Assembly (NCBI GenBank): GCA_038087875.1
Contig: JAXLNO010000329.1
Span: 62,001-126,000, forward strand
Source of the DNA: Malacoraja senta
Lineage: Eukaryota
Length of the DNA: 64,000 nucleotides
Direction of reading: 5' to 3'
A program made the translations under genes and the position numbers. The notes below the pieces were generated by a model. The model saw only the letters and a list, made by a program, of their open reading frames with translations. It searched no databases and was not told the DNA's origin. Position 1 is the first letter of the stretch; every line of letters begins with the position of its first letter. Shown one piece after another: positions 52,318 through 64,000 of the stretch.

Positions 52318-53028
52318 TGTTAAGGTTTCTTAAAACAGACAACTTACAATAAGTTAGGTAAAGCCAATACAAGCTTTAATGATCATTCAGCTAGAGAGTG
52401 CTGGGAGATACAAAGTCAAGCATACAGCAGATACTTAACTCCTGCTAGGCCATCACTCTAATGAATGAAGACATACACCATATTTTATACTGTTTTGGAA
52501 ACATAGTCACATGTTCATATAGAATTGCAGCAATGATGTCTAACATATCAATCATAGCTCTACCCATTCACAGCATGCTTGTCACTGATACAATACTTCT
52601 CATGCTATGGTTATATCGATTACAAACTTTAGTTACGAAACCCCCAAATAACAGGAAGTTAGTCAAAGGTCTATCATCTGCAGTACCTTCTTAAACAATG
52701 TAAGGATCCTTATCAATTACCCACAGAAGTTCCTGCTAGTAGAGAATACCAATTTCTCAGGAAGCTCATCCCCTCCCAAGGCTTGTGTTTACAGAAGCCA
52801 GAACCTTCTCAGGAAGTACATCCCCTCTCACCATTGTCAATATCTTTTGCTTGGGCACAACAGGAAGCAGCTTGGATAGTTTGAATGCTGGCCTCCAATT
52901 TCCTGATTACCCAGCCCTTCTACAGAACCCAAATTTCAAAGCTTTCATTTACTCAGAACCCAAAACCCAAATTTATCTTTACTTAATAAAATACATAAAA
53001 TATTCCATTATTAACCAGGATATCATCA
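52318..53028 (-). mobile_element. Putative 3' LTR of an endogenous retrovirus (~711 bp)
   Basis: On the minus strand it starts TG directly after the purine tract AGGAGGGAA and ends ...CCTTAACA. TATAAAA (52483-52489) precedes ATTAAAGCTT (ATTAAA at 52375-52380); internal direct repeat TCTCAGGAAG..CATCCCCTC; lies just downstream of the env stop. The partner LTR is outside the window. Confidence 0.72.
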
Positions 53029-53037
53029 TTCCCTCCT
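53029..53037 (-). other. Polypurine tract of the ERV
   Basis: AGGAGGGAA between the env stop (53062-53064) and the LTR-initial TG. Confidence 0.6.
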
Positions 53038-53061
53038 ATTATCATATTAGAAATGATAACA

Positions 53062-54336
53062 CTACAGTCCTTGGTTAGTACATAGTAAAGGCTTCAGGCA
53101 TTTCAGTAAATAAATTAATACAACAATCAACAGTACAATGGATCCATAGTGAATTATCATTCCACATATTCCTCCTAACATACTAAATGGCCATCATTCT
53201 CCACCTTTATTAACATTATGCATTTATTCTCCAACCTCTGTAATCTTCTTAATTTCTCTGGTGATATGTGCTGCTAAATCTGCAATCTTAGAGGATTCAT
53301 CAAGAATGTAAGTACAGCATTCACACGCTATAATGTCCCTCCTATTATCCTATAAGGATATACGACAAAGTGCAACCATTTCAGCCATAATGGATGAAAG
53401 GGCCGTTTACTTGTAGGTAAAGATGTCCACCATTTAATTAAACAATTTCTCCAATCCAGAGGACATATTAATCAATTCCCGTGATAGACAGGCTGCCCCA
53501 TACAGTGGGAAAGCAATCATCCAGAATTGCTCTGATTCTGATATACTTCGCTTAGACCTCATCGGGAATATACAATTCAGTTAGATGTTACACAGCTCTC
53601 ATGTGAGGGACAACAAGGCCAAATAACAACATCCCATTCAGTTGTAGGTTGACCTAATCAACCTTTCCCAGTTCTTCTCATCCCCAGGTACATACCAGGT
53701 ACATACATGGGTATGCCCGGAATCCACATACAAAATACATCCTATTTATTGGACTCAGCGGCCTCTAGCACTAACCTTGGTGCAGGTGCTGTTCCTCAAG
53801 TATACTCCGTCGCTTCTTCTGTCACAATAACAGGTAGTATTAACTGGGCTCTGGGGCAATTTACTAATTTAAGCCATGGTATTTCCCAAACCCTGATCTC
53901 ATTTACCTTCCATCCTGTCTTAAAAGAGGCCACATACCATTCTTTAAATATGGGTCCTTGACTTTGCCATTCTGAAGGCACCCATTAGTTGCTTTTTAAT
54001 TGCGAAAACAGTGCAAGGCCAGAATCTCAGTAAGGTTAAGGAGTATTGTTACGAGAGGTAATCCTTCCCCACCATTATATGGGATGTGCGTACACAACCA
54101 GCATACACTTATTATTACGAAGGGCAAATTCAAAACTCATAACCAAAAACAGATTATTTCCCCAAGTCCAGTCTATATGGGCCAACCCCAGAATATAAAA
54201 GAGGGTCAATAGCCCCATTGTCCTTTCTTGGATCCTCCGATCAGTTTAAAGTCAATCAGATGTATCCTCTTCACTGCAAATGATATTGTTAGTAGCACCT
54301 GCTACAGTCCCTTTCAACACAGGCCCAATTTATTCT
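53062..54336 (-). pseudogene. env: Decayed gamma-type retroviral envelope (SU part + TM)
   Basis: Manual translation: CWLC (54092-54103); furin site RSKR (53548-53559) then SISESEQFWMIAFPLYGAA; damaged ISD-like EMVALCRISL*DNR; ECCTYI (53305-53322); hydrophobic span IVLLIVVLIYLL; several stops and indels. Confidence 0.85.
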
Positions 54337-57300
54337 TTTTTTTAAAAATTATTAATATTTTTATTAGAAGCTGTGTACAGTAGTATAAACCGCGGCATAA
54401 GACAAAATACATTTATTGTACATCTTCCATTTTTAATTTAACAAAAAGAAAGTACAACAAGAGAGAAAAAGCGAGAAAGAGAGAAAATGAAAGAAATAGT
54501 GAATGTGTAAACCCCTAAACTACCAGATAGTGCAGTCCAGGAGTGAATAAGTAAAAGCCTATAGAAAAATAAGAAGACAAAAACGAAAAATAATAAAGGA
54601 AAAGAAAAAAGGGACCATTATGTGTTGATATACCTGCTTCATTTCTCACCACACCCATCACCCTGTCCGTGAATCGGTTTAATTCCAGAGTTGTGTTGCA
54701 CCATACTATACTTGTAATGAATAAATGAAAGGAGACCATATCTTCAAAAATTGCTCTGATTTTCCTGCTAAGACGAGTCTCATATCTTCAAGATGTAGCG
54801 TCTCAGACATGCTTGTAATCCACATTTTGAGAGTTGGGGTAGAAGCATTCTTCCAAAATTTAAGTATACATTTTTTTGCCATTATCAGGCCATAATTAAG
54901 GAAACGTCTTTGAAATATTGATAGCTCAGCGCAGACTCCTGTTATTCCAAAAATAATCAATTCTATGTTGGGGTCCAGTTTTGTTTTTAATAATTTTGAG
55001 AAGATTTCAAAGATTCCTTTCCAAAATTTATGAAGTTTTATACAAGAGGCAAAGGAGTGTGTTATAGTTGCTTCTTGAGATAAACATTTGTCGCAGATGG
55101 GAGATACATTTGGAAACATTTTGTTCAGTTTAGCTTTTGAGTAATATAGTCTGTGTAGTATTTTAAATTGGATTAGAATATGTATTACATTAATCGAACA
55201 ATTATGTACATGTAGAAGATATTTTTCCCATCTGTCTTAGGGAATTTTTAAGCTTAATTCCTGTTCCCACTCTCTTCTAATTACATCTGACGACGGAATT
55301 TCTATATTTAAAAGGATATTGTACAAGTATGATATTAAATTATTTGACTGCTTTTCTATTCATACCTTCATCTAATATATCTGGCAACAGAGTTTGATAT
55401 TCGTGGGTATATGTTTTCAAATAATCTCTAATTTGAAGATATCTAAAATATTGATTACCTTTCAGACTGTATTTCGACTGTAATTTCTAGAATGATAAGG
55501 TTTCCCATTTCGTACAAATCTCCAACCTTTTTAATTCCTAGTCTTTCCCAATAAATAAACGTTTTATCTATAAAGGATGGTTTGAACGATGGGTTATTAG
55601 CTATTGGGGAGAGAAGAGATAGATTTCTTAATTTAAAAGTAAATTTTACTTGTCTCCAAATTCGTAAAGTACTATGAATAATCGGGTTTTTCTTGTATAT
55701 TGTGTTCTTCAACTTTATCGGGAAGAGAAGGATCGCGCCTATATTAAAAGGCAGGCAATCCTCTCTCTCCATTACTAACCAATCTACCTGTTGACATGAA
55801 TTATCCAGCCAGTAAATTACATGTTTAATGTTTGCTGCCCAATAATAGTATAATAAATTGGGGAGCGCCAATCCACCAATTTTACATAGATGTCGTTTAT
55901 GAATTCTATGTGATTTATATTCCCAAATAAAATGTGTCATCTGGGAATCGTTTTTTTTTTAAATTTTAGGTAGATATATCGGTATTGATTGAAATAAGTA
56001 AAGAATTTGTGGGAGAAAAATCATTTTTATGGCATTTATTCTGCCTATTTGAGACATCGGAATTGTCTAAGACAGAATTGAATCAGAGCGTTTAATTTAG
56101 TAGCTAAAGCAGCAAGTTTGCATTGAATAAAGAATTATATTTTCTGGTTACTTGGATACCCAGGTATTTAAATTTTTCTGTAGCAGTTCTAAAAGGGAAT
56201 TTTAAAAGGTGTGTCGACTCTTGGGGTTTTATCGCCATGATTTCACTTTTATTCCAGTTTATTCTATATCATGAGAAAGAACCAAATTCCTCTATTAGAT
56301 TTAATATATTTGGTATACTAACTTGAGATTTTGTAATGTATAATAATACGTCATCTGCATATAATGATATTTTATTATTGGAATGTTTAGTATTATAACC
56401 GTGAATATTCGGATGCATTCTTATACTTTCCGCTAAGGGCTCTATCGCAAGGGCAAATAGCAGGGGTGATAATGCACAACCCTGTATATTGCCCCTGGAT
56501 AAGTGAAATTTCGGAGTAAGTATGTGGTTGGTCAATATTCCAGCAGACGGCCTGTCATATAGTAATTTTATCCATGAAATAAAGTCTGACATTTTTGCAG
56601 TACTGTGAAGAGGTATTCCCATTCTACTTGGTCGAATGCTTTTTCTGCATCTAATGAAATAATTGATAAGTCTTCTTAAATTTTGTGTGAATACATTATT
56701 TTAAAAAGACGTCAGATTATTAAATGAATGTCTCTTGGGTATAAACCCCGTTTGATCCGCATGTATTAATTTACCAACATATTTACTTAATCTTCTTGCC
56801 AGAGTTTTCGCTAATATTTTCTGATCTGTATTTAATAATGCAATTGCTCTGTATGAACCACGGTCTTCTAGATCTTTATCTTTTTGGGGTATTAGTGTAA
56901 TAGTTGATTCCGCTAGTGTTTCTGGTAGTGTCTGTTCTTTAAATGCATATCTATAAAGCTTGTGTAAGCGTGGTGAAATTACCTCATGGAATCTTCTATA
57001 AAATTCATTACTGAATCCATCTGGTCCCAGTGTTTTACCATTCTTCAGTGAGTTTATTGTCTCTTCTATTTCTTTGATTGAAACCTGTGCTCCTAATTCC
57101 TCTTGTTCCAGCGGATTAAGTGTTGGGAGATTACAGTTGTCCAGAAAGTTTGTAATTTTATTGCTGTCTGTTGATGTTTTGGATATACATTTTGATAAAA
57201 TTGAGCAAATCTTTTATAAATGTCTTTAGGCAGCATTAGCAATTCACCTTTATCTGATTTGATTTTTAGAATAGTATGATCCTTTTCCACTTTTTTCAGC

Positions 57301-58377
57301 TGATGTGCACAACGTTTATGTGGCTTATCGCCAAATTCGAAATTTTCCTGTTTTGTAATTTGAAATAATCTAAAATTCGGTTTAGTTTAAATTTCAATAT
57401 TGCTATCTTGTTGTGTTTATCTATAGTTGGATCTTTCGCGTTTTCTAAATGAAGTTGTCTAATTTGTTCTTCTAGTTGCAATTGTTCCGTCCTATTATTT
57501 TTATTTTCAAAAGCTTGGTATGAAATAATAGAACCTCTGATAAACGCCTTAAAGGATTCCCATAATAGGGATGGTGAAATGTCTGGGGTATCATTAGTCT
57601 TAAAGAAAAATTCCATCTGTTGTTTTAGGTATATACAACCGTCCGGGTTGTTTAAAATTTGGGGATTGAACCTCGAAAACGATTTTTTATTGAACATTCC
57701 TTCTAGTTTTAGGAAGAAGGTTAACGGAGAATGATCAGAGATGACACTATTATGATATTTAGGATTAGTTGTAAAGGGAATTAATTTAGTGTCCACTAGG
57801 AAGTAGTCGATACGTGTATAGGTTTTATGTACTGATGAATAAAAGGAATATTCCCTTCCGGCCGGGTTTGCAATCCTCCATACATCTGTTATATTTGTGT
57901 TTTTTATGTATGTATATAAAAGTTCACTTGATTTTGATTTTATATTAAGTCTCTTTTGTTGGGCAGATTTATCTGGATATTGATCCAGAACGCAAATGAA
58001 ATCTCCCCCAATTATCACATTTTGGTAATTGTACTCAGAAATTATATTCAGGATTTTATTAAAAAATTGCGGATTATCAAAATTAGGAGCATAAATATTT
58101 ACCATGGTGAGTGGAGTAAAGTGTATCTCTCCAGTAATTATGACATACCTCCCCTCTTTGTCTGCGATGGTATTCTTATGTTTAAATGGTATGCCTTTAT
58201 GAATTATAATTGCGGTACCCATAGATTTAGAGAGATAGGAGGAGTGATATGTTTGACCGATCCAATTTGCCTTCAGCCTGGGCTGAGCTTGAACTTTCAA
58301 GTGTGTTTCCTGTGATTTTAATTGGGCAAGAATCTTACCCCTTTTAATTGGCTCATTAGCTCCCCTTATGTTCCAGC

Positions 58378-61089
58378 AAGGACATTAGCTTGGAGGAAGG
58401 ACATTAGCTTGGAGGAAGGACATTAGTTTGGAGGATGTGGAATCGGTATGGGTAGAGCTGCGAAACACTAAGGGGCAGAAAAAGCTGGTGGGTGTTGTGT
58501 ACAGGCCACCTAGCAGTAGTAGTGAAGTTGGGGATGGCATCAAACAGGAAATTAGAAATGCGTGCAACAAAGGCAAAACAGTTATAATGGGTGACTTCAA
58601 TCTACATATAGATTGGGTGAATCAAATTGGCAGGGGTGCTGAGGAAGAGGATTTCTTGGAATGTATGCGGGATAGTTATCTAAACCAACATGTAGAGGAA
58701 CCAACGAGAGAGCAGGCTATTCTAGACTGGGTATTGAGTAATGAGGAAGGGTTAGTTAGCAGTCTTGTTGTGCGTGCCCCCTTGGGCAAGGGTGACCATA
58801 ATATGGTTGAGTTCTTCATTAGGATGGAGAGTGACATTGTTAATTCAGAAACAACAGTTCTGAACTTAAAGAAAGGTAACTTTGAGGGTATGAGACGTGA
58901 ATTGGCCAAGATTGACTGGCAATTAGTTCTAAAAGGGTTGACGGTGGATATGCAATGGAAGGCATTTAAAGACTGCATGGATGAACTACAAAAATTGTTC
59001 ATCCCAGTTTGGCAAAAGAATAAATCAGGGAAGGTAGTGCATCTGTGGATAACAAGGGAAATCAGGGATAGTGTCAAAGCAAAAGATGATGCGTACAAAT
59101 TAGCCAGAAAAAGCAGCATACCAGAGGACTGGGAGAAATTCAGAGACCAGCAGAGGAGGACAAAGGGCTTAATTAGGAAAAGGAAAATAGATTATGAAAG
59201 GAAACTGGCAGGGAACATAAAAACTGACTGCAAAAGTTTTTATAGATATGTGAAGAGAAAGAGATTAGTTAAAACAAATGTAGGTCCCTTGCAGTCAGAA
59301 ACAGGTGAATTGATCATGGGGAACAAGGATATGGTGGACCAATTGAATAACTACTTTGGTTCCGTCTTCACTAAGGAAGACATAAATAATCTGCCGGAAA
59401 TAGCAGGGGGCCGCGGGTCAAAGGAGATGGAGGAACTGAGTGAAATCCAGGTTAGTCGGGAAGTGGTGTTGGGTAAATTGAATGGATTAAAGGCCGATAA
59501 ATCACCAGGGCCAGATAGGCTGCATCCCAGAGTACTTAAGGAAGTAGCTCCAGAAATAGTGGATGCAATAGTAATAATTTTTCAAAACTCTTTAGATTCT
59601 GGAGTAGTTCCTGAGGATTGGAGGGTAGCAAACGTAACCCCACTTTTTAAGAAGGGAGGGAGAGAGAAAACGGGGAATTACAGACCAGTTAGTCTAACAT
59701 CGGTAGTGGGGAAACTGCTAGAGTCAGTTATTAAAGATGGGATAGCAGCACATTTGGAAAGTGGTGAAATCATTGGACAAAGTCAGCATGGATTTACGAA
59801 AGGTAAATCGTGTCTGACGAATCTTATAGAATTTTTCGAGGATGTAACTAGTAGAGTGGATAGGGGAGAACCAGTGGATGTGTTGTATCTGGACTTTCAG
59901 AAGGCTTTCGACAAGGTACCACATAAGAGATTAGGATACAAACTTAAATCACACGGTATTGGGGGTTCAGTATTGATGTGGATAGAGAACTGGCTGGCAA
60001 ACAGGAAGCAAAGAGTAGGAGTAAACGGGTCCTTTTCACAATGGCAGGCAGTGACTAGTGGGGTACCGCAAGGCTCAGTGCTGGGACCCCAGCTATTTAC
60101 AATTTATATTAATGAGCTGGATGAGGGAATTGAAAGCAACATCTCCAAGTTTGCGGATGACACTAAGCTGGGGGGCAGTATTAGCTGTGAGGAGGATGCT
60201 AGGAGACTGCAAGGTGACTTGGATAGGCTGGGTGAGTGGGCAAATGTTTGGCAGATGCAGTATAATGTGGATAAATGTGAGGTTATCCACTTTGGTGGCA
60301 AAAACGGGAAGGCAGACTATTATCTAAATGGTGGCCGATTAGGAAATGGGGAGATGCAGCGAGACTTGGGTGTCATGGTACACCAGTCATTGAAAGTAGG
60401 CATGCAGGTGCAGCAGGCAGTGAAGAATGCGAATGGTATGTTGGCCTTCATAGCAAGAGGATTTGAGTATAGGAGCAGGGAGGTTCTACTGCAGTTGTAC
60501 AGGGTCTTGGTGAGACCACACCTGGAGTATTGCGTACAGTTTTGGTCTCCAAATCTGAGGAAGGACATTATAGCCATAGAGGGAGTGCAGAGAAGGTTCA
60601 CCAGACTGATTCCTGGGATGTCAGGACTTTCATATGAAGAAAGACTGGATAGACTTGGCTTATACTCGCTAGAATTTAGGAGATTGAGAGGGGATCTTAT
60701 AGAAACGTACAAAATTCTTATGGGGTTGGACAGGCTAGATGGAGGAAGATTGTTCCTGATGTTGGGGAAGTCCAGGACAAGGGGTGACAGCTTAAGGATA
60801 AGGGGGAAATCCTTTAAGACCGAGATGAGGAAAACGTTTTTCACACAGAGAGTGGTGAATCTCTGGAACTCTCTGCCACAGAGGGTAGTTGAGGCCAGTT
60901 CATTGGCTATATTTAAGAGGGAGTTAGATGTGGCCCTTGTGGCTAAGGGGATCAGGGGGTATGGAGAGAAGGCAGGTACGGGATACTGAGTTGGATGATC
61001 AGCCATGATCATATTGAATGGCGGTGCAGGCTCGAAGGGCCGAATGGCCTATTCCTGCACCTATTTTCTATGTATCTATGTATCTATGT
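58378..61089 (+). mobile_element. 5'-truncated CR1 LINE nested in L1 ORF2
   Basis: Nearly identical to the 4547-9500 element from mid-endonuclease onward; same 3' hairpin; (TATCTATG)n tail; AGC duplicated at 58375-58377 and 61090-61092. Confidence 0.95.
58428..60989 (+). pseudogene. 5'-truncated but uninterrupted CR1 ORF2 (853 codons; partial EN + RT)
   Basis: Protein nearly identical to ORF2 of the full-length copy; lacks the EN N-terminus and a genuine ATG start. Confidence 0.9.
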
Positions 61090-61958
61090 AGCTACAAAAC
61101 GTAATTCCTCCAATTTTCTTTTGCGCATCGTCTTGCATTATAAATTACAGTGGTACCTTTATGTCAGATGGTGCAACACAATACCTCAAGCTTCTGGGTG
61201 TTGGGTGGGTGCTCACAGCTGCTAAACTCTGTTGGTATATCCCTTGCAAATGTGTCCTTAAAGAAAAAATCAAAAGAAGTGCTAAATAACATTAAAATTG
61301 TTTAAAAAAACAGTATTAACATTTTTTTTTTTAAATACTGCGAGAGAAAACCACCTAATGGTGGGAGAAAAATTCTTGAAACCTTCCGTAGATGTTAAGC
61401 TCCGTTCCCTTAAACAAGTATTGTAAAAAAGAAAGAACAGTTCAAAACCGGGTAATATAGAGAAAACCATCGAACATGTAGTTCTACTGAAATCTTAAAC
61501 TGGACAAGTATTTACTATTTACTAATAATGACTGTATTTAACTTAGCAGACAAAGCCCAGTATATTTAAGTAAGAAACTGCTGGTTGGAAGGGGTTAACC
61601 AAAATTACAATCTTGGCTGCTTGCCAGCTGTTTCACTCCCTTCCAGCCTGATTCCTTGTTAGTTTATCTTGAGCATAACTGGGAATTTGTCTTCCCAAAT
61701 CAATTACACATATTGTAGTTTATTAGTATACTATTAGTATAATAATCCAACAGATTTAACTAGCGATCATAAATCTATAGCATGTTCATTATTGACTTTA
61801 AAAAAATAATTTGAATCATTATTTGGTTATGATAGTAATTTTTAGATTAGAATACATGAGTTAGTCCAGTTCTTTATGTGTTAGTATATCATTATTTATA
61901 TCTTCTCATTAGTCAGTTATTACGTTCCTCTCCATTTAATTTCATTTTCTATGCTGCT

Positions 61959-62880
61959 TAGGTAAAGATGTCCACCATTTAATTAAACAATTTCTCCAAT
62001 CCAGAGGACATATTAATCAATTCCCGTGATAGACAGGCTGCCCCATACAGTGGGAAAGCAATCATCCAGAATTGCTCTGACTCTGATATACTTCGCTTAG
62101 CCCTCATCGGGAATATACAATTCAGTTACATGTTACACAGCTCTCATGTGAGGGACAACAAAGGCCAAATAACAACATCCCCTTCAGTTGTAAGTTGACC
62201 TAATCAACCTTTCCCAGTTCTTCTCATCCCCAGGTACATACCAGGTAACCATGGGTATGCCCGGAATCCACATAGAAAATACGTCCCATTTATTGGACTC
62301 AGTGGCCATTAGCACTAACCTTGGTGCAGGTGCTGTTCCTCAAGTATACTCCATCGCTTCTTCTGTCACAATAACAGGTAGTATTAACTGGGCTCTGGGG
62401 CAATTCACTAATTTAAGCCATGGTATTTCCCAAACCCTGGTCTCATTTACCTTCCATCCTGTCTTAAAAGAGGCTACATACCATTCTTTAAATATGGGTC
62501 CTTGACTTTGCCATTCTGAAGGCACCCATTAGTTGCTTTCTTATTGCGAAAACAGTGCAAGGCCAGAATCTCAGTAAGGTTAAGGAGTATTGTTACGAGA
62601 GGTATTCCTTCCCCACCATTATATGGGATGTGCGTACACAACCAGCATACACTTATTATTACGAAGGGCAAATTCAAAACTCATAACCAAAAACAGATTA
62701 TTTCCCCAAGTCCAGTCTATATGGGCCAACCCCAGAATATAAAAGAGGGTCAATAGCCCCATTGTCCTTTCTTGGGTCCTCCGAACTGTTTAAAGTCAAT
62801 CAGATGTATCCTCTTCACTGCAATTGGTATTGTTGGTAGCACCTGCTGCAGTCCCTTTCAACACAGGCCCAATTTATTCT
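61959..62880 (-). repeat. Second copy of the env segment 53414-54336 (direct duplication flanking the L1)
   Basis: Colinear with scattered substitutions and small indels (e.g. RSKR vs RAKR; CWLC at 62636-62647). Confidence 0.95.
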
Positions 62881-62909
62881 GATCCCAGTACCATATCAGT
62901 ACGTGGTCT

Positions 62910-63002
62910 GATACATAGATAGATACATAGAAAATAGGTGCAGGAGTAGGCCATTCGGCCCTTCGAGCCTGCACCGCCATTCAATATGATCATGGCTGAT
63001 CA
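62910..63002 (-). mobile_element. ~93-bp CR1 3' tip (tail + stem-loop only)
   Basis: GATACATA-type tail followed by sequence matching 4574-4641 of the full-length CR1. Confidence 0.9.
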
Positions 63003-63149
63003 CTCGTATGGACTCGTCCCTGTATGGACTCGTCCCTGTGTTCAACGGATAGTGGTTTCATGGCCTCATACCTGGGAATGCAGACCTGGCAAGGCATGGG
63101 TTAAATGCTGTGCATACGTAATTAATTCATCGCTGAGGACCTGTTGGTA

Positions 63150-64000
63150 AGTTCATAATTTCACAGCTTATCCTGTTATCAATTCAAAAAGTTTTAACTC
63201 TGTCTCTCTAGCTGGGGTTGTTCCGAATCATCAAAATAGTTGAATACCGTAACCCATTCCTGTCCAGTCTCAGTCAAGACTTCACTTACACTTTTTTGTG
63301 TCCTATTCATTCCCTCCACTATTCCAAAACTCTGCAATTAGTGGAAGATATGAAATCACTCTTTAACTACTGACAAGGCAGAGTCCCTTTCATCACCTTT
63401 CCTGTGAAACATTTACCCTGATCACTCTAAAGAGGGACCCCTTACCTAAATATTATCTCTTTGATTCCTTATCACAATTCTAGCTGTTCTATCTTAGCAT
63501 GGAAACACCGTTACCCAGTAGGTAAAGCAATCAATCAGTGCTAAATAGTACCCTTTATTTTATGGCTAGAGGAAGGGTCCTGTGAAATTTATCTATCTGT
63601 GTTGATCTGGAGGCTGCACTCGTTTTCCATTTGGCACTGCAATTATCTCAAACTGCCCCTAACTTCCCTGCTTCCAAGTCACACTTTACTATGGGGAGAG
63701 TGTAAGTTATAATCCCCCTCAGTGTGTTGGGCTCTAAGATTTCCACTGGCCCTGTTACATATTCGTGTACATAAGCACACCAGTGCAGCCAAACTAACAC
63801 TAGACTTTATCTAGTGGAACACCTAGCAACTCTTCTCATTCTGTCTTCATAGTCTGTTACTACCACTGAAGTACCCTTCTTTCATTACCACAGCACAAAT
63901 GGTAGAGTTTAGTCAAATATGAGAATCCCAGTGCTGTGAAGGGGGTCAGGGATAGTTTATATATTTTTTCTTCAATTGTCCAAATATATTTCTCCTCCCC
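63150..64000 (-). pseudogene. pol: Decayed retroviral pol: integrase core and RT connection region
   Basis: Manual translation across frameshifts: TALGFSYLTKLYHL and MRRVARCS (RT connection-like); QID/FTGP, YYLALIDCFTYWVTVFP, EIIFR*GVP, SDQGKCFTGKV, QSFGIVEGMNRT (D,D,E), R/TTP..FELITG. Confidence 0.8.

Larger units (their letters stand above)
54706..61138 (-). pseudogene. L1 ORF2 (EN-RT-CCHC), frameshifted and split by the CR1 insertion
   Basis: MQDDAQKKIGGITFCS|WNIRG joins across the CR1; QETHL, NIYAPN, GGDF, RIDYF, SDH, QGCALSPLLF, YADD, CDKC..H....C appear in successive frames. Confidence 0.9.
54337..61958 (-). mobile_element. Decayed 5'-truncated L1-clade LINE inserted in env (contains a nested CR1)
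   Basis: Poly(A) at 54337; ORF2 fragments 54706-58377 continue at 61093-61138; AT-rich region 61139-61958 read as inter-ORF spacer plus a possible ORF1 tail (less certain). Confidence 0.85.

Noticed and set aside
53707..54212. Plus-strand ORFs conserved in both duplicated blocks (also 62251-62756)
   Set aside because: Antisense to env remnants; their similarity reflects the recent duplication, not selection
53062..54336. Domesticated syncytin-like env gene
   Set aside because: Multiple stops, frameshifts, an ISD-region deletion and TE insertions
53414..62880. The ~922-bp direct repeats as the LTR pair of a retrotransposon
   Set aside because: They are env coding sequence, lack TG...CA termini, PBS and PPT, and enclose LINE sequence

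Overview
Eukaryotic, vertebrate-type repeat DNA with no host gene. The CR1 3' end resembles the shark/ray CR1 (HER1-like) LINEs, so the host is probably a cartilaginous fish (inference). Bases 1-52317 are a single-orientation degenerate satellite built from TGAC-anchored words (TGACCCTT, TGACTC, TGAC, TGACCC), with kb-scale higher-order duplications. It is interrupted by a full-length, intact CR1 LINE (4547-9500, -) and a 5'-truncated L1 (20303-22819, -). From 52318 there is a decayed minus-strand endogenous retrovirus (3' LTR, gamma-type env, integrase/RT-connection remnants). The ERV carries a decayed L1 (54337-61958) flanked by a ~922-bp direct duplication; a young 5'-truncated CR1 (58378-61089, +) is nested in that L1, and a CR1 3' tip lies at 62910-63002. 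Most notable: a correctly phased U_UUA_AAC -1 frameshift heptamer joining CR1 ORF1 to ORF2, followed by a G-rich tract; mouse-L1-like tandem promoter monomers in the CR1 5' UTR; a candidate giant target-site duplication; and a satellite made of nuclear-receptor half-site / TCAGGG telomere-variant-like words. The many minus-strand K/G/S/Q/R/V ORFs in the satellite are artefacts.
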